Below are positions 1-9,326 of a stretch of 32,000 bases of DNA, piece by piece. The stretch is from Pseudomonas aeruginosa (GTDB lineage Bacteria; Pseudomonadota; Gammaproteobacteria; Pseudomonadales; Pseudomonadaceae), in the NCBI RefSeq assembly GCF_001457615.1, contig NZ_LN831024.1:4350001-4382000 (forward strand), written 5' to 3'. The stretch's first letter is position 1, and each line of letters opens with the position of its first letter. A model generated the notes under the pieces. That model was given only the letters and a program-made list of their open reading frames with translations. It was not told the DNA's origin and searched no databases. Both the position numbers and the translations under genes were made by a program.

Positions 1-72
1 GGAACTGGCGCCGGTGACCAGGATGCGCCTGCCCGACAGGCTGAAGGGATTGAAGGAAGTCTCGTCGTTCAC
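1..72 (-). CDS. Probable SDR-family 3-oxoacyl-ACP reductase, N-terminal fragment running off the window (glycosylation-island orfD-like)
   Basis: Reverse strand from GTG at 72 reads V-N-D-E-T-S-F-N-P-F-S-L-S-G-R-R-I-L-V-T-G-A-S-S, with an ILVTGAS(S) Rossmann start typical of SDR proteins. It begins 25 nt after the KAS III-like stop codon. Not in the supplied ORF track. Confidence 0.72.
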   Translation of the reverse strand, partial: MNDETSFNPFSLSGRRILVTGASS

Positions 73-97
73 TTGGCTGATTCCGCGTTCAAGGCAC

Positions 98-1138
98 TCA
101 GGATTCGATCAGATCGGGGAACTTCGCCCCTTCGATATCCACCAGGCAGGTACCCCAGGACAGGCCGATACCGAAGCCGCAGAGCAACACGCGATTGCGG
201 CCGGCCTCGAGTTCCCGGTTGATCCGCGCGGTCATGGTCACCGGCAGCGAGGCGCCGCTGGTGTTGCCGAAGTCGCGCAGGGTCGAAGGCACCTTCTCTA
301 CCGGCAGGCCGAGCTTCTTGCGGATGGTCTCGTTGATCATCCGGTTGGCCTGGTGGAAAACGAAGTAGTCCACTTCGTCCTTGCTCGCACCGGCATAGTC
401 GAGCAGCTTTTCCACCGCCGGCGGTACGCGCTGGGTGGAGAAGCTGAGTACGGCGGTGCCGTCGAGCTGCAGGTCGATGGCACGGTGCCAATGGTCGTTC
501 TCGTCCTCGCGGAACGGCATCAGGTGCTGCACGCCGACCGGTTCGCGATGGCCGCCCACCGGCAGGATGATGGCCTTGTAGCCGCTGCCGTCGCTGTTCA
601 GGTCGAAGTGCATCGGCGGCGCGCCTTCGCAGAACTCCAGCGCCGTCGCGGTGCCCGCGTCGGAGAAGATCGGATCGTTGACACTGGCGCCGCGGTCGCC
701 GACCAGCACAAGGCCCTTCTTCACCCCGCCGGCGGCAATCAGCGAACCCAGCAGGTTGAGGGCGAACGGATAGGCCGAGCAACCCAGGTTGACGTCGAAG
801 GCCACGGTGGAATGCGGCAGCCCCAGGCGGTCCTGGAGGATGATCGCGGTAGCCGGCGCCAGGTAGTCGGGAGACTGGGTCACGACGATCAGCGCATCGA
901 CCTCCTCGCGCTTCCACTCCAGGCTTTCCAGCAGGCGCTCGGCGGCGTCGAAGGCCAGGTCGGAGAAGCACTGCCACTCCTGCGCCATGCGCCGCGTCTC
1001 GATGCCGATGTTGCGCACCAGGCGTTCGCGCTCGGCGCGCAACTGCGGCTTGCAGTCGGTCAGGTTGGAGATAACGCGCTTGGGGACGCAGGTCGCCATC
1101 CCGGCGAAACGGACGTTCTTCAGCGTGGAGGTGGCCAT
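98..1138 (-). CDS. 3-oxoacyl-ACP synthase III (KAS III/FabH)-like protein, flagellin glycosylation island type
   Basis: 346 aa ORF with a KAS III Cys-His-Asn set: Cys in NLGCSAYPFAL, His in FVFHQANRMINETI, Asn in FGNTSGAS. Confidence 0.9.
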   Translation of the reverse strand: MATSTLKNVRFAGMATCVPKRVISNLTDCKPQLRAERERLVRNIGIETRRMAQEWQCFSDLAFDAAERLLESLEWKREEVDALIVVTQSPDYLAPATAIILQDRLGLPHSTVAFDVNLGCSAYPFALNLLGSLIAAGGVKKGLVLVGDRGASVNDPIFSDAGTATALEFCEGAPPMHFDLNSDGSGYKAIILPVGGHREPVGVQHLMPFREDENDHWHRAIDLQLDGTAVLSFSTQRVPPAVEKLLDYAGASKDEVDYFVFHQANRMINETIRKKLGLPVEKVPSTLRDFGNTSGASLPVTMTARINRELEAGRNRVLLCGFGIGLSWGTCLVDIEGAKFPDLIES

Positions 1139-1140
1139 GG

Positions 1141-1365
1141 TCAGAGTCCAAGCATCTGGTAGAGGTCGCCCACCGTGCGAGCCTTGATCAGGTCTTCACC
1201 GGTGATGGTCTTGCCGTATTCCATGTCGAACATGACGATGACCCCGAGCGCGGCCAGCGAGTCCCATTCCGGCAGGTCTTCGAGCTGGGTGTCCATGCTG
1301 ACCTCGACGGGATTCTGGAAATCGGTGGCGGAAAGGAAGTCTTCGATGAATTTTGCTTGGCTCAT
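1141..1365 (-). CDS. Acyl carrier protein-like protein
   Basis: 74 aa acidic ORF with a WDSLAALGVI motif (phosphopantetheine-site-like DSL). It lies immediately upstream of the KAS III-like gene (2 nt gap). Confidence 0.85.
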   Translation of the reverse strand: MSQAKFIEDFLSATDFQNPVEVSMDTQLEDLPEWDSLAALGVIVMFDMEYGKTITGEDLIKARTVGDLYQMLGL

Positions 1366-1419
1366 TTCTTGTCTACCTGAGTGAGGCGGTTGTTCATTCT
1401 GTTATCGGTCGCGACGGGC

Positions 1420-2556
1420 TCAACTTGATGCTCGCCGCCGCGGCATGGCGGCGGAAGCGATCAGGCCGGCGACGAACTCGACGTCTGCGGCGGCCAGCCC
1501 GGGATAGATCGGCAGGCACAGCACCCGCGAGGAAATCGACCGCGCCACCGGAAGATTGGCGGGCGCCGCCGAGGGCAGCGAATGGTACATGGGGAAGTCG
1601 CTGATGAGTGGGTAGAAGTAGCGCCGCACCAGCACATCCCTGTCGCGCAGGCGCTGGTACAGCTCGTCGCGCGAAAGCGGAAAATCGTCTTCCACCAGGA
1701 TCGGGAAATAGGCGTTGTTGGCGAAGGTCTGGGTACCAGGCCGGAGGCACTGGATGCCAGGGACGCCGGCCAGCAGGCGCCGATAGCGCTCGGCGATCTC
1801 CCTGCGCTGCTCCAGGGCCTGGTCGACGTGCTTGAGTTGCAGCAGCCCGAAGGCAGCGCCGACCTCGTTGAGCTTGCCGTTGATGCCGGGCATGACCACC
1901 GTGACCTCGTCGACGAAGCCGAAATTCTTAAGGTGGTTGAGGCGTTGCCGGGTGTTTTCGTCCGAGCAGATGATCGCACCGCCCTCGAAGGTGTTGAACA
2001 CCTTGGTGGCATGGAAGCTGAGGATGCTCAGGTCGCCGTGGCGCAGCACGCTGCCGCCGGCGTCGCGCACGGCGAAGGCATGCGCGGCATCGTAGATGAC
2101 CTTCAGGTGGTGGATATCGGCGATCCGCTGGATCGCCTCGACATCGCAGGGGTTGCCGTAGCAATGCACCGGCAGGATCGCGGTGGTCTGCGGGGTGATC
2201 GCCGCCTCGATCCGCGACGGGTCGAGATTCATGGAGTCCTGATCGATGTCCACGAAGATCGGCTTGAGCCCGTTCCACAGCAGCGCGTGGCTGGTGGCGA
2301 CGAAGGAGTACGGCGTGGTGATCACCTCGCCGGTCACCCGCAATGCCTGCAGCGCGGTGATGAGCGCCAGGGTGGCGTTGGCGAAGAGCACGATGTGCTT
2401 CACCCCCAGGTATTCGCACAGGGCCTCTTCCAACGCATGGTGCATGTCGCCCCCGTTGGTCAGGAAGCGGCTCTCCCAGATCTTTTCCAGGTAGGGGATG
2501 AACTCTTCCAGGGGCGGCAGCAGCGGGCTGGTGACCGGGATCGTCTTGTTGTTCAT
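1420..2556 (-). CDS. DegT/DnrJ/EryC1/StrS (VioA-like) sugar aminotransferase
   Basis: The ORF track extends to 2820, but the likely start is the ATG at 2556 (MNNKTIPVTSPLLPPLEEFIPYLEKIWESRFLTNGG, 378 aa). PLP-lysine context is LSFHATKVFNTFEGGAI; other family motifs are VKHIVLFANATLAL and LPVHCYGNPCD. Confidence 0.92.
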   Translation of the reverse strand: MNNKTIPVTSPLLPPLEEFIPYLEKIWESRFLTNGGDMHHALEEALCEYLGVKHIVLFANATLALITALQALRVTGEVITTPYSFVATSHALLWNGLKPIFVDIDQDSMNLDPSRIEAAITPQTTAILPVHCYGNPCDVEAIQRIADIHHLKVIYDAAHAFAVRDAGGSVLRHGDLSILSFHATKVFNTFEGGAIICSDENTRQRLNHLKNFGFVDEVTVVMPGINGKLNEVGAAFGLLQLKHVDQALEQRREIAERYRRLLAGVPGIQCLRPGTQTFANNAYFPILVEDDFPLSRDELYQRLRDRDVLVRRYFYPLISDFPMYHSLPSAAPANLPVARSISSRVLCLPIYPGLAAADVEFVAGLIASAAMPRRRASS

Positions 2557-2620
2557 GTAGGGCCCTGATGAATGGATACTCAGGCGAGTAAAGGGCGAAA
2601 AACCCGAGCACGCCACTCTA

Positions 2621-2636
2621 TGCAAGGCCCGTACCC
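2621..2636 (-). promoter_or_regulatory. Candidate sigma-54 (RpoN) promoter for the aminotransferase-led operon
   Basis: Reverse strand reads GGGTACGGGCCTTGCA against consensus TGGCACG-N4-TTGCA. Two core mismatches; the GG-N10-GC spacing is kept. Confidence 0.5.
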
Positions 2637-2802
2637 AAAGAGCCTGATGCAGGTCAAAGCCCCTGGTCGCGCGGCCCCTGGCTGTTCCACAGGCGCTGCG
2701 GCGCGAATCGGCAGTCAAACTTCTGACAAATTCTCCCGTGTTTCCGTAGACCTTGCGGAACATACCCTCCAGCGACACAGGTCCAGTCCCTGCGAACGAA
2801 AA

Positions 2803-2825
2803 GGCCCATGACGGAGTCATGGGCC
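2803..2825 (-). terminator. Rho-independent terminator-like hairpin downstream of flgL
   Basis: ggcccatgac-gga-gtcatgggcc, 10-bp perfect stem, followed by TTTTCGTT in the leftward direction. Confidence 0.7.
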
Positions 2826-2844
2826 CTGTTTCACAGAGGGACTG

Positions 2845-4146
2845 TCACTTCAGGTAGTTGAACAGGCTCAACCCCTGGATCTTCACGTAGCTCTGCTGCG
2901 CGGCATCCATGATGGTGGACTGCAACGACAGCCGCGACAACGCCTCGGCGTAGTCCAGGTCCTGGATCTGCGACATCACCGACGCATTCACCAGCTTCAC
3001 ATCGTCGATGAAGGTCTCGGTGCTTTCCACGGTATTCAGGCGCGCGCCGATCTTGCCCTGGCCGCCATCCACGGCGGCAGCCACGGCGGAGAGGTTGGTC
3101 AGGGCCACCGCCGTCGCATCGCGGATGGCGTCGTTGCCGGCCTGGTTGTCGGTGGAGCTTTCCAGGGCCTTGCGCAGGTCCGACACCACGTTCAGCAGGC
3201 TGCGCTTCTCGCTGCCCGGCTTGTAGTTGACGTTGAACTCGTCGCCCGCCTTCGGCGTGCCGTCGATCGTCACGCTGACGCCGGCGTAGAGCACCTTGTC
3301 GATGGTCTTCGGGTCGTCGTCGATGGCGCCCTTGGACAATTGCCAGGCCGGCGGCGAATTCGGATCGTAGGTGGTCCAGTCATAGCCCGGAGGCAGGCTC
3401 TTCGGATCGTAGACCACATACTCCTTGTCGCTGACGAAGTGGATGTTGAAGCCGTCGGTTGCCGCAGGCGGATTGCTCGCCGGGAACTGGCTGTCGAAGG
3501 CCAGCTCGTCCTCGACCAGGCCGACCGAGATGCGACCGTCGCCGGTATTGCCAGCCGCCGCCTTGGTATCGAGACGAGCGGCATTGACGATGTCCTCGAA
3601 CAGTACCTTGCCGCTGTCGCTGACCGGAATCCGCGTGCTGCTGGCGATCTGCACCTCGCGCTGGCTCTCGTCGCCCATGTAGCTGTAGGTGCCGTCCTCG
3701 TTGCGCACGAACGGCTGCACCGAGCCCTGGGACCCGGAAAACAGGTATTTGCCACTCGCGTCGCGGCTGTTGAGCAGGTTCAGCAACTCGTCCTCGCGCT
3801 GGCGCAACTCGCTGGCCAGCGACTTCTTGTCGTTGGAGTCCAGTGCGCCGTCGCCGGCCTGGCCGGCGATCTCACGGATGCGCTGGAGGACGTTGCCAAC
3901 CGAACGGAGGATGGTTTCTTCCTGGCTCAGGCTGTTCTTCGCCTCGGTCATGCCGGTCTTGTACTGCTCGTTCAACCCCTGCTCCTGGTCCAGGCGCAAC
4001 AGGCGTACCGAACCGACCGGGTCGTCCGCCGGGGTCAGGATGCGCTTGCCGGTACTGATCTGCTCGAAGGTACGGTTCAGGTCCGCGTAGTTGCGGGAAA
4101 TCCCGTTGACCGAGTTGTTGAAGGCCTGGATGGTGGAAATGCGCAT
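2845..4146 (-). CDS. flgL: Flagellar hook-associated protein 3, FlgL
   Basis: 433 aa; flagellin-like N-terminus MRISTIQAFNNSVNGISRNYADLNRTFEQISTGKRILTPADDPVGSVRLL; C-terminal coiled region; position in the flg operon. Confidence 0.96.
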   Translation of the reverse strand: MRISTIQAFNNSVNGISRNYADLNRTFEQISTGKRILTPADDPVGSVRLLRLDQEQGLNEQYKTGMTEAKNSLSQEETILRSVGNVLQRIREIAGQAGDGALDSNDKKSLASELRQREDELLNLLNSRDASGKYLFSGSQGSVQPFVRNEDGTYSYMGDESQREVQIASSTRIPVSDSGKVLFEDIVNAARLDTKAAAGNTGDGRISVGLVEDELAFDSQFPASNPPAATDGFNIHFVSDKEYVVYDPKSLPPGYDWTTYDPNSPPAWQLSKGAIDDDPKTIDKVLYAGVSVTIDGTPKAGDEFNVNYKPGSEKRSLLNVVSDLRKALESSTDNQAGNDAIRDATAVALTNLSAVAAAVDGGQGKIGARLNTVESTETFIDDVKLVNASVMSQIQDLDYAEALSRLSLQSTIMDAAQQSYVKIQGLSLFNYLK

Positions 4147-4184
4147 GGTGGCGGTCTCGCTGGCTTAGGCCCCGTCGAGAGAAC

Positions 4185-6233
4185 TCAACGGAACGCTCCA
4201 ATCAGGGTATCGAACAAAGTGCGGGCAACTTGAATCACCTGGGCCGAGGCACCGTAATACTGCTGGAACTGGATCAGGTTGGCCGCCTCTTCGTCGAGGC
4301 TCACCCCGGACAACGAATCGCGGCTGTCCTGGGCCTGCTTCAGCACCGTGGCGCTGGCCTCGCTGCTGGCACGCACCTGGGCGGTCAGGGTGCCGACCCG
4401 CTCGACCAGGCCACCATAGGCCTCGTTGTAGGTGGAACCGGTGTTGTCGGTGCCGCCGACGGTCGGCTTGGTCTGCAGGGCCAGCAGGTTGAGAGCGTTG
4501 CGGTTGTCGGAAATGCCCTTGTCGTTGAAGCCCAGCTTGAAGCTGTCGGAGTTCTGCGGTACGCCGCTGAGCTCGAATTCGTAGCTGTATTTCTGCCCGC
4601 TCGGGTCGGTGAACGCCATGCGCACGGTATTGGTATTGCCGCTGGTCAGCGTCGGGCTGCCGGTCAGGGCGTTACCGTCCTTGTCGACGTAGCTCCAGCC
4701 GGCCGGCAACGGCGAGGACAGGGTATAGGTCTTGCCGTCGGCGCTGAGCGTCGCGCCCAGGCTGATCCCGTTGGGCCCGAACGCGCCCTGTAGCACCGCC
4801 GGGTCCACCGGCGACGGACCGCTGGTGAGGGTCGGCGCGCCGATCTTGCCGGTGCCGCGGTTTTCGGTGGTCGATTCGGTACGCGCGGTACCGGCGAACG
4901 CCAGTTGCGAGGCATTCTTCAGCGTCGCCTCGATATCCGCCGCGCCACGCCGGGTCGGCTGCAGGGTGAAGCGGTCGCCGGCAGCCGGGAGCTGGTCGAG
5001 GGTCAGGTTGAAGCCCTGGTCGACGCCGTTGGCATCCTTGAACGAGAGGGTGTAGGGACCGGTACCGCTGACCGTGACCTGCATGCTTGCGTCGTCGCCC
5101 AGGCGCCGCGCGGTGAAATTGGTGCCGTCGAAGTCCAGGCGGAAATCGCTGGAATTCAGCTTGCTGGTATCGGTGATGTTCAGGTTGGCGTGGACATTGC
5201 CGGTGTTGCCGTTCTTCGCCAGGACCCGCAGCGCGGTGATGTCCGGATCGTTGATGTCGCCGAACAGGTTGGCGCCGGCCTTGCCGGCCAGGTCGAGGCC
5301 CTGCCCCAACTGCTTGTTGATGGTATCGGCGAGGGTGATCGCCAACTGCCCGAGCTTGTTGTAGCTGCTGTCCAGGGCGCTGTTGCGGTAGGCCAGCAAG
5401 CCACCCATCTCGCCGCCGGACACCAGGCCGGTGACGTTCTGTATGGAGTTGCCGTTGCTCAGTTGCACCTGGTAGCGGGTCGGGTCATCCAGCCCGGGCA
5501 CCACGCTCAGGGTCGACACAGTATTGCCCACCACCAGCGGCTGGCCGCTACCGATGAACAGGCTGACGCTGTTGTCGTCCTGGGTGACCGCGGTCACCCC
5601 GATCATCTCGGACAGCTTGCGCACGGCTTCGTCGCGCGCATCCATCAGGTCGTTGGGCACCGCGCCCGCCGACTTGGCCTTGGCGATGGCATCGTTGTAG
5701 CTGGCCACGCTCTGCGACAGATGGTTGACCTGCGAAGCCAGCGCGCCCAGTTGCTGGTTGATCAGGCTGTTCTGCTTGTCCAACTGGTCGTAGAGGGTAT
5801 TGAAGGTCTTGCCCAGCCCCTCGGCCTGGGCAAGCACTGCCTCGCGCGCTTCGGTCGAGGAGGGATTGTTGGCGGCGGCCTGCAGTGCGGCGAAGAAGCG
5901 CTGCATGGCCGGGCTGACGCCGGTGGTGGTGTTGGACAACAGGCCGTCGAGCTGCTCGATCTGGCTACGGAATGCGCTCAACTCGCTGTTCTGGCTGGTG
6001 GCGTTGCGCAACTGGCCGGTGAGGAAGTCGCTGGCCAGGCGGCGCACGTCGACGATCTGGCTGCCCGAGCCCATGTAGCCGGCACCGCTGAACTGCGGGA
6101 CCTGGGTCTGCTGGATGGCATCCTGGCGACTGTAGCCCGGCGTCTTGACGTTGGTGATGTTGTGCCCGGTGATGGTCAGCCAGGTCTGGCTGGTGCCGAG
6201 GCCGGACAGGCCTATCGAGAGTAGGTCGGACAT
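4185..6233 (-). CDS. flgK: Flagellar hook-associated protein 1, FlgK
   Basis: 682 aa; MSDLLSIGLSGLGTSQTWLTITGHNITNVKTPGYSRQ and C-terminal EEAANLIQFQQYYGASAQVIQVARTLFDTLI. Confidence 0.97.
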   Translation of the reverse strand: MSDLLSIGLSGLGTSQTWLTITGHNITNVKTPGYSRQDAIQQTQVPQFSGAGYMGSGSQIVDVRRLASDFLTGQLRNATSQNSELSAFRSQIEQLDGLLSNTTTGVSPAMQRFFAALQAAANNPSSTEAREAVLAQAEGLGKTFNTLYDQLDKQNSLINQQLGALASQVNHLSQSVASYNDAIAKAKSAGAVPNDLMDARDEAVRKLSEMIGVTAVTQDDNSVSLFIGSGQPLVVGNTVSTLSVVPGLDDPTRYQVQLSNGNSIQNVTGLVSGGEMGGLLAYRNSALDSSYNKLGQLAITLADTINKQLGQGLDLAGKAGANLFGDINDPDITALRVLAKNGNTGNVHANLNITDTSKLNSSDFRLDFDGTNFTARRLGDDASMQVTVSGTGPYTLSFKDANGVDQGFNLTLDQLPAAGDRFTLQPTRRGAADIEATLKNASQLAFAGTARTESTTENRGTGKIGAPTLTSGPSPVDPAVLQGAFGPNGISLGATLSADGKTYTLSSPLPAGWSYVDKDGNALTGSPTLTSGNTNTVRMAFTDPSGQKYSYEFELSGVPQNSDSFKLGFNDKGISDNRNALNLLALQTKPTVGGTDNTGSTYNEAYGGLVERVGTLTAQVRASSEASATVLKQAQDSRDSLSGVSLDEEAANLIQFQQYYGASAQVIQVARTLFDTLIGAFR

Positions 6234-6251
6234 GGGTCAGTTCCTCCTTGC

Positions 6252-7454
6252 TCAACCCAGAGGCGGCGTGCCGGCGGCGGCGACGGCCTGGTAGGTCTGC
6301 ATCTGTCTGGCGATCTGCGCCACCTTGCGGGCGTACTGCGGATCGGTGGCGTAGCCGGCGCGCTGCAGTTCCTGCATGAAGCGCTCGGGGTTGGCGGCGC
6401 TGTCCAGGGCGTTCTGGTAGCGGTCGTTGCCCTGGAGGAAGCTGACGTAGTCGTGGAAGCTCTGCTCGAACGACGAGTAGGAGCGGAACGCCGCGACTTC
6501 CTTGACCGCCTTGCCGCCTTCGTATTCGGTGGTGAGAGCGCGCGCCGAGGCACCATCCCAGCGGCTGCCGGTCTTGATGCCGAACAGGTTGTGGCTGCTG
6601 CCGCCATCCTGCTGGCGGATGATCGATTTGCCCCAGCCGGTCTCCAGCGCGGCCTGGGCCACCAGGTAGCGGGCATCGACGCCGATCCGCTCGGCGGCCT
6701 TCTGGGCCATCGGCAGCATGGTGGCGATGAACTCGTCGGCCGAGGCGAACATCGACTTGCCCCTGGCCAGCGGCGGCTGGGCGATGCGCCGGCTGCCCTG
6801 GCTGTCGACGCCATCGGTGGAGAAACCGCGGCGGCTCGCCGCCGGGTAGCTCTGCGCCGGCAGGTAGCTGTCCTGGCCCAGGCTCTGCATCTGGCTGGCG
6901 GCCGGCGAGGCGGAGGGAACGATGCCGGCGAGCATGCGCTCGGTCAGCTTGCCCGGCAGCGCCAGGCGCCTCTGGTTGAGCAGCTTCGAGTCGTCGCGGC
7001 CGGCTTCCGGCATCGGCAGGGCCTTGCCGGCCTGCGCGCTGGGGTTGCTCGGCCAGCGACCGGCGCCGTTCTCGGCGACCCGGGCGAACGGGTTTTCGCC
7101 GTTGCTCCTGGAGCCTTGCTTCATCTTCGACAACTGGCGCACCAGCACGTCGGCCAGGCCGATGCCGCCGGCATTCTTCGACAGGCTCACCGACAGTTGC
7201 TGGTCGTACATGTCCTGGTACTGCTTGGTGGTCTGGCTGTTCATGAAATTGCCGTCGCCCAGCGCTTCGTTGGCCGAACGCATGGATTTGAGCATCTCGT
7301 TGAGGAACAGCGATTCGAATTCCTGGGCGACCTTGCGGATGTTCGCCTCGCCGTCGCGGTCCTTGCCGACCTTGAGCTGGTTGAGGCGGTTGAGATCGGT
7401 ATAGGAGCCGCTGTCGGGGCCTGCGCCGATACCGCTGAGCAAACGGGAATCCAT
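6252..7454 (-). CDS. flgJ: Peptidoglycan hydrolase / rod-capping protein FlgJ
   Basis: 400 aa; N-terminal rod-cap region (FESLFLNEMLKSMRSAN) and C-terminal glucosaminidase domain (AALETGWGKSIIRQQDGGSSHNLFGIKTGSRWDG). Confidence 0.96.
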   Translation of the reverse strand: MDSRLLSGIGAGPDSGSYTDLNRLNQLKVGKDRDGEANIRKVAQEFESLFLNEMLKSMRSANEALGDGNFMNSQTTKQYQDMYDQQLSVSLSKNAGGIGLADVLVRQLSKMKQGSRSNGENPFARVAENGAGRWPSNPSAQAGKALPMPEAGRDDSKLLNQRRLALPGKLTERMLAGIVPSASPAASQMQSLGQDSYLPAQSYPAASRRGFSTDGVDSQGSRRIAQPPLARGKSMFASADEFIATMLPMAQKAAERIGVDARYLVAQAALETGWGKSIIRQQDGGSSHNLFGIKTGSRWDGASARALTTEYEGGKAVKEVAAFRSYSSFEQSFHDYVSFLQGNDRYQNALDSAANPERFMQELQRAGYATDPQYARKVAQIARQMQTYQAVAAAGTPPLG

Positions 7455-7464
7455 GGCGTCGTCC

Positions 7465-8574
7465 TCAGATCACGATCAGGTCGGCCTGCAACGCGCCGGC
7501 CTGCTTCAGGGCTTCGAGGATCGCCATCAGGTCGCTCGGCGCGGCGCCGACCTGGTTCACCGCGCGGACGATGTCGTCCAGGGTGGTGCCGGGACCGAAC
7601 TTGAACATCGGCTTGGTCTCCTCCTCGGCGTTCACCCGCGAGCGCGGCACCACCGCAGTCTGGCCGTTGGAGAAGGCACCGGGCTGGCTGACGATCGGGT
7701 CCTCGGTGATGCTCACGGTCAGGCTGCCGTGGGTGACGGCGGCCGGCGATACCTTGACGTTCTGGCCGATGACGATGGTGCCGGTGCGCGAATTGATGAT
7801 GACCTTGGCCACCGCCTCGCCCGGCTGCACGTCGAGGTTCTCCAGGATCGACAGGTAGTCGACCCGCTGGTTCGGATCGAGCGGCGCGCTGACCCGCACC
7901 GAGCCGCCGTCCACCGCATGGGCGACGCCCGGACCGAGCAGTTCGTTGATGCGGTCGACGATGCGCTTGGCAGTGGTGAAGTCCGGGCGGTTGAGGTTCA
8001 GCGTCAGGCTGTTGCCCTGGTCGAAGCCGCTCGGCACCGCGCGCTCGACGGTGGCGCCGGCCGGGATACGTCCGGCGGACGGTACGTTGACGGTGATCTT
8101 CGAGCCGTCGCGGCCTTCGGCGTCGAAGCCGCCGACCACCAGGTTGCCCTGGGCGACCGCGTAGACCTGGCCGTCGATACCTTTCAGCGGAGTCATCAGC
8201 AGGCTGCCGCCGCGCAGGCTCTTGGCGTTGCCGATGGACGACACGGTGACGTCGATCGGCTGGCCCGGCTTGGCGAACGGGGGCAGGTCGGCATGCACCG
8301 ATACCGCGGCGACGTTCTTCAACTGCACGTTGCCGACGTTGGCCGGCACCTTGATGCCGAACTGCGCCAGCATGTTGTTGAAGGTCTGCAGGGTGAACGG
8401 CGTCTGCGTGGTCTGGTCGCCACTGCCGCTCAGGCCGACCACCAGGCCATAGCCGATCAACTGGTTGGTCCGCACGCCCTGGATGCTGGCGATATCCTTC
8501 AACCGCTCGGCCTGGGCCGCGCCGGCGGCCAGGAGCAGCGCGGCGAGGGCCAGCAGGTGCTTGAACTTGGTCAT
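7465..8574 (-). CDS. flgI: Flagellar P-ring protein FlgI
   Basis: Start trimmed from 8787 to ATG at 8574 (369 aa). Signal peptide [22 protein letters not shown], then [33 protein letters not shown]. Confidence 0.96.
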
Positions 8575-8585
8575 CGCGAGCGTCC

Positions 8586-9281
8586 TCAGAACGGCCACAG
8601 CGGGCTGAGGAAGAAGCGGTCCAGCCAGCCCGGCTGACTGGCATCGGCGAAGGCGCCGGTGCCGGAATAGGTGATCCGGGCGTCGGCCACGCGGGTCGAG
8701 GACACGGTGTTGTCGGTGGCGATATCGTCGGCGCGGACCAGGCCGGCGATGCGCACCAGCTCGTTGCCGGTGTTCAGGGTCATCCACTTCTCGCCGCGCA
8801 CGGAGAGGATGCCGTTGGGCAGCACCTCGGCCACGGTCACGGTGATCGAGCCGGTCAGGCTGTTGCTCTGCCCCGCCTGGCTATCGCCCTTGGCGTCGCG
8901 CGAGCCGCCGTATTCGGCGCTGAGGCTGAGGTCGCCGCCGCCGATCGGGTTGTTGGTGGTCATGCCGCTGCCGAACAGCGAGGTCAGCCCCATCTTGGTC
9001 TTGCTGTCCTTCTGGATATCGGAGTTGGCTTTCTTGCTCGCCTGGGTCTTCTCGTTGAGGGTGATGGTGATGATGTCGCCCACGCGGAAGGCCTTGCGGT
9101 CGTCGTAGAGGTTCTGCTCGAAACCGGCCTGGTAGATCGCGCCGTTGTTCTGCGCGGCGGGCAGCGGGGTGCGCGGCAGCACCGGCGCGTAGTACGGATC
9201 GTTCGGCTTCGGCGGTGGATTGACGCAACCGCCCAGGGCGGTGGCGATGCCAAGCAGGGAGACGATCATCAGCCGGTTCAT
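8586..9281 (-). CDS. flgH: Flagellar L-ring lipoprotein FlgH
   Basis: 231 aa; lipobox ATALGGC; [23 protein letters not shown]. Confidence 0.96.
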
Positions 9282-9326
9282 ATCAAGCTACCTCGCGGCG
9301 TACAGCCAGGGCCCGGTCAGGGCCCG

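Noticed and set aside
4905-8637. Long plus-strand ORFs (4905-6224, 6453-7604, 7453-8637) antisense to flgK, flgJ and flgI
   Set aside because: Same GC-skew shadow pattern; the minus-strand genes have unambiguous flagellar protein sequences.
7241-8644. 467 aa minus-strand ORF overlapping flgI/flgJ in another frame
   Set aside because: Arg/Gly/Pro-rich out-of-frame translation spanning two well-supported genes.
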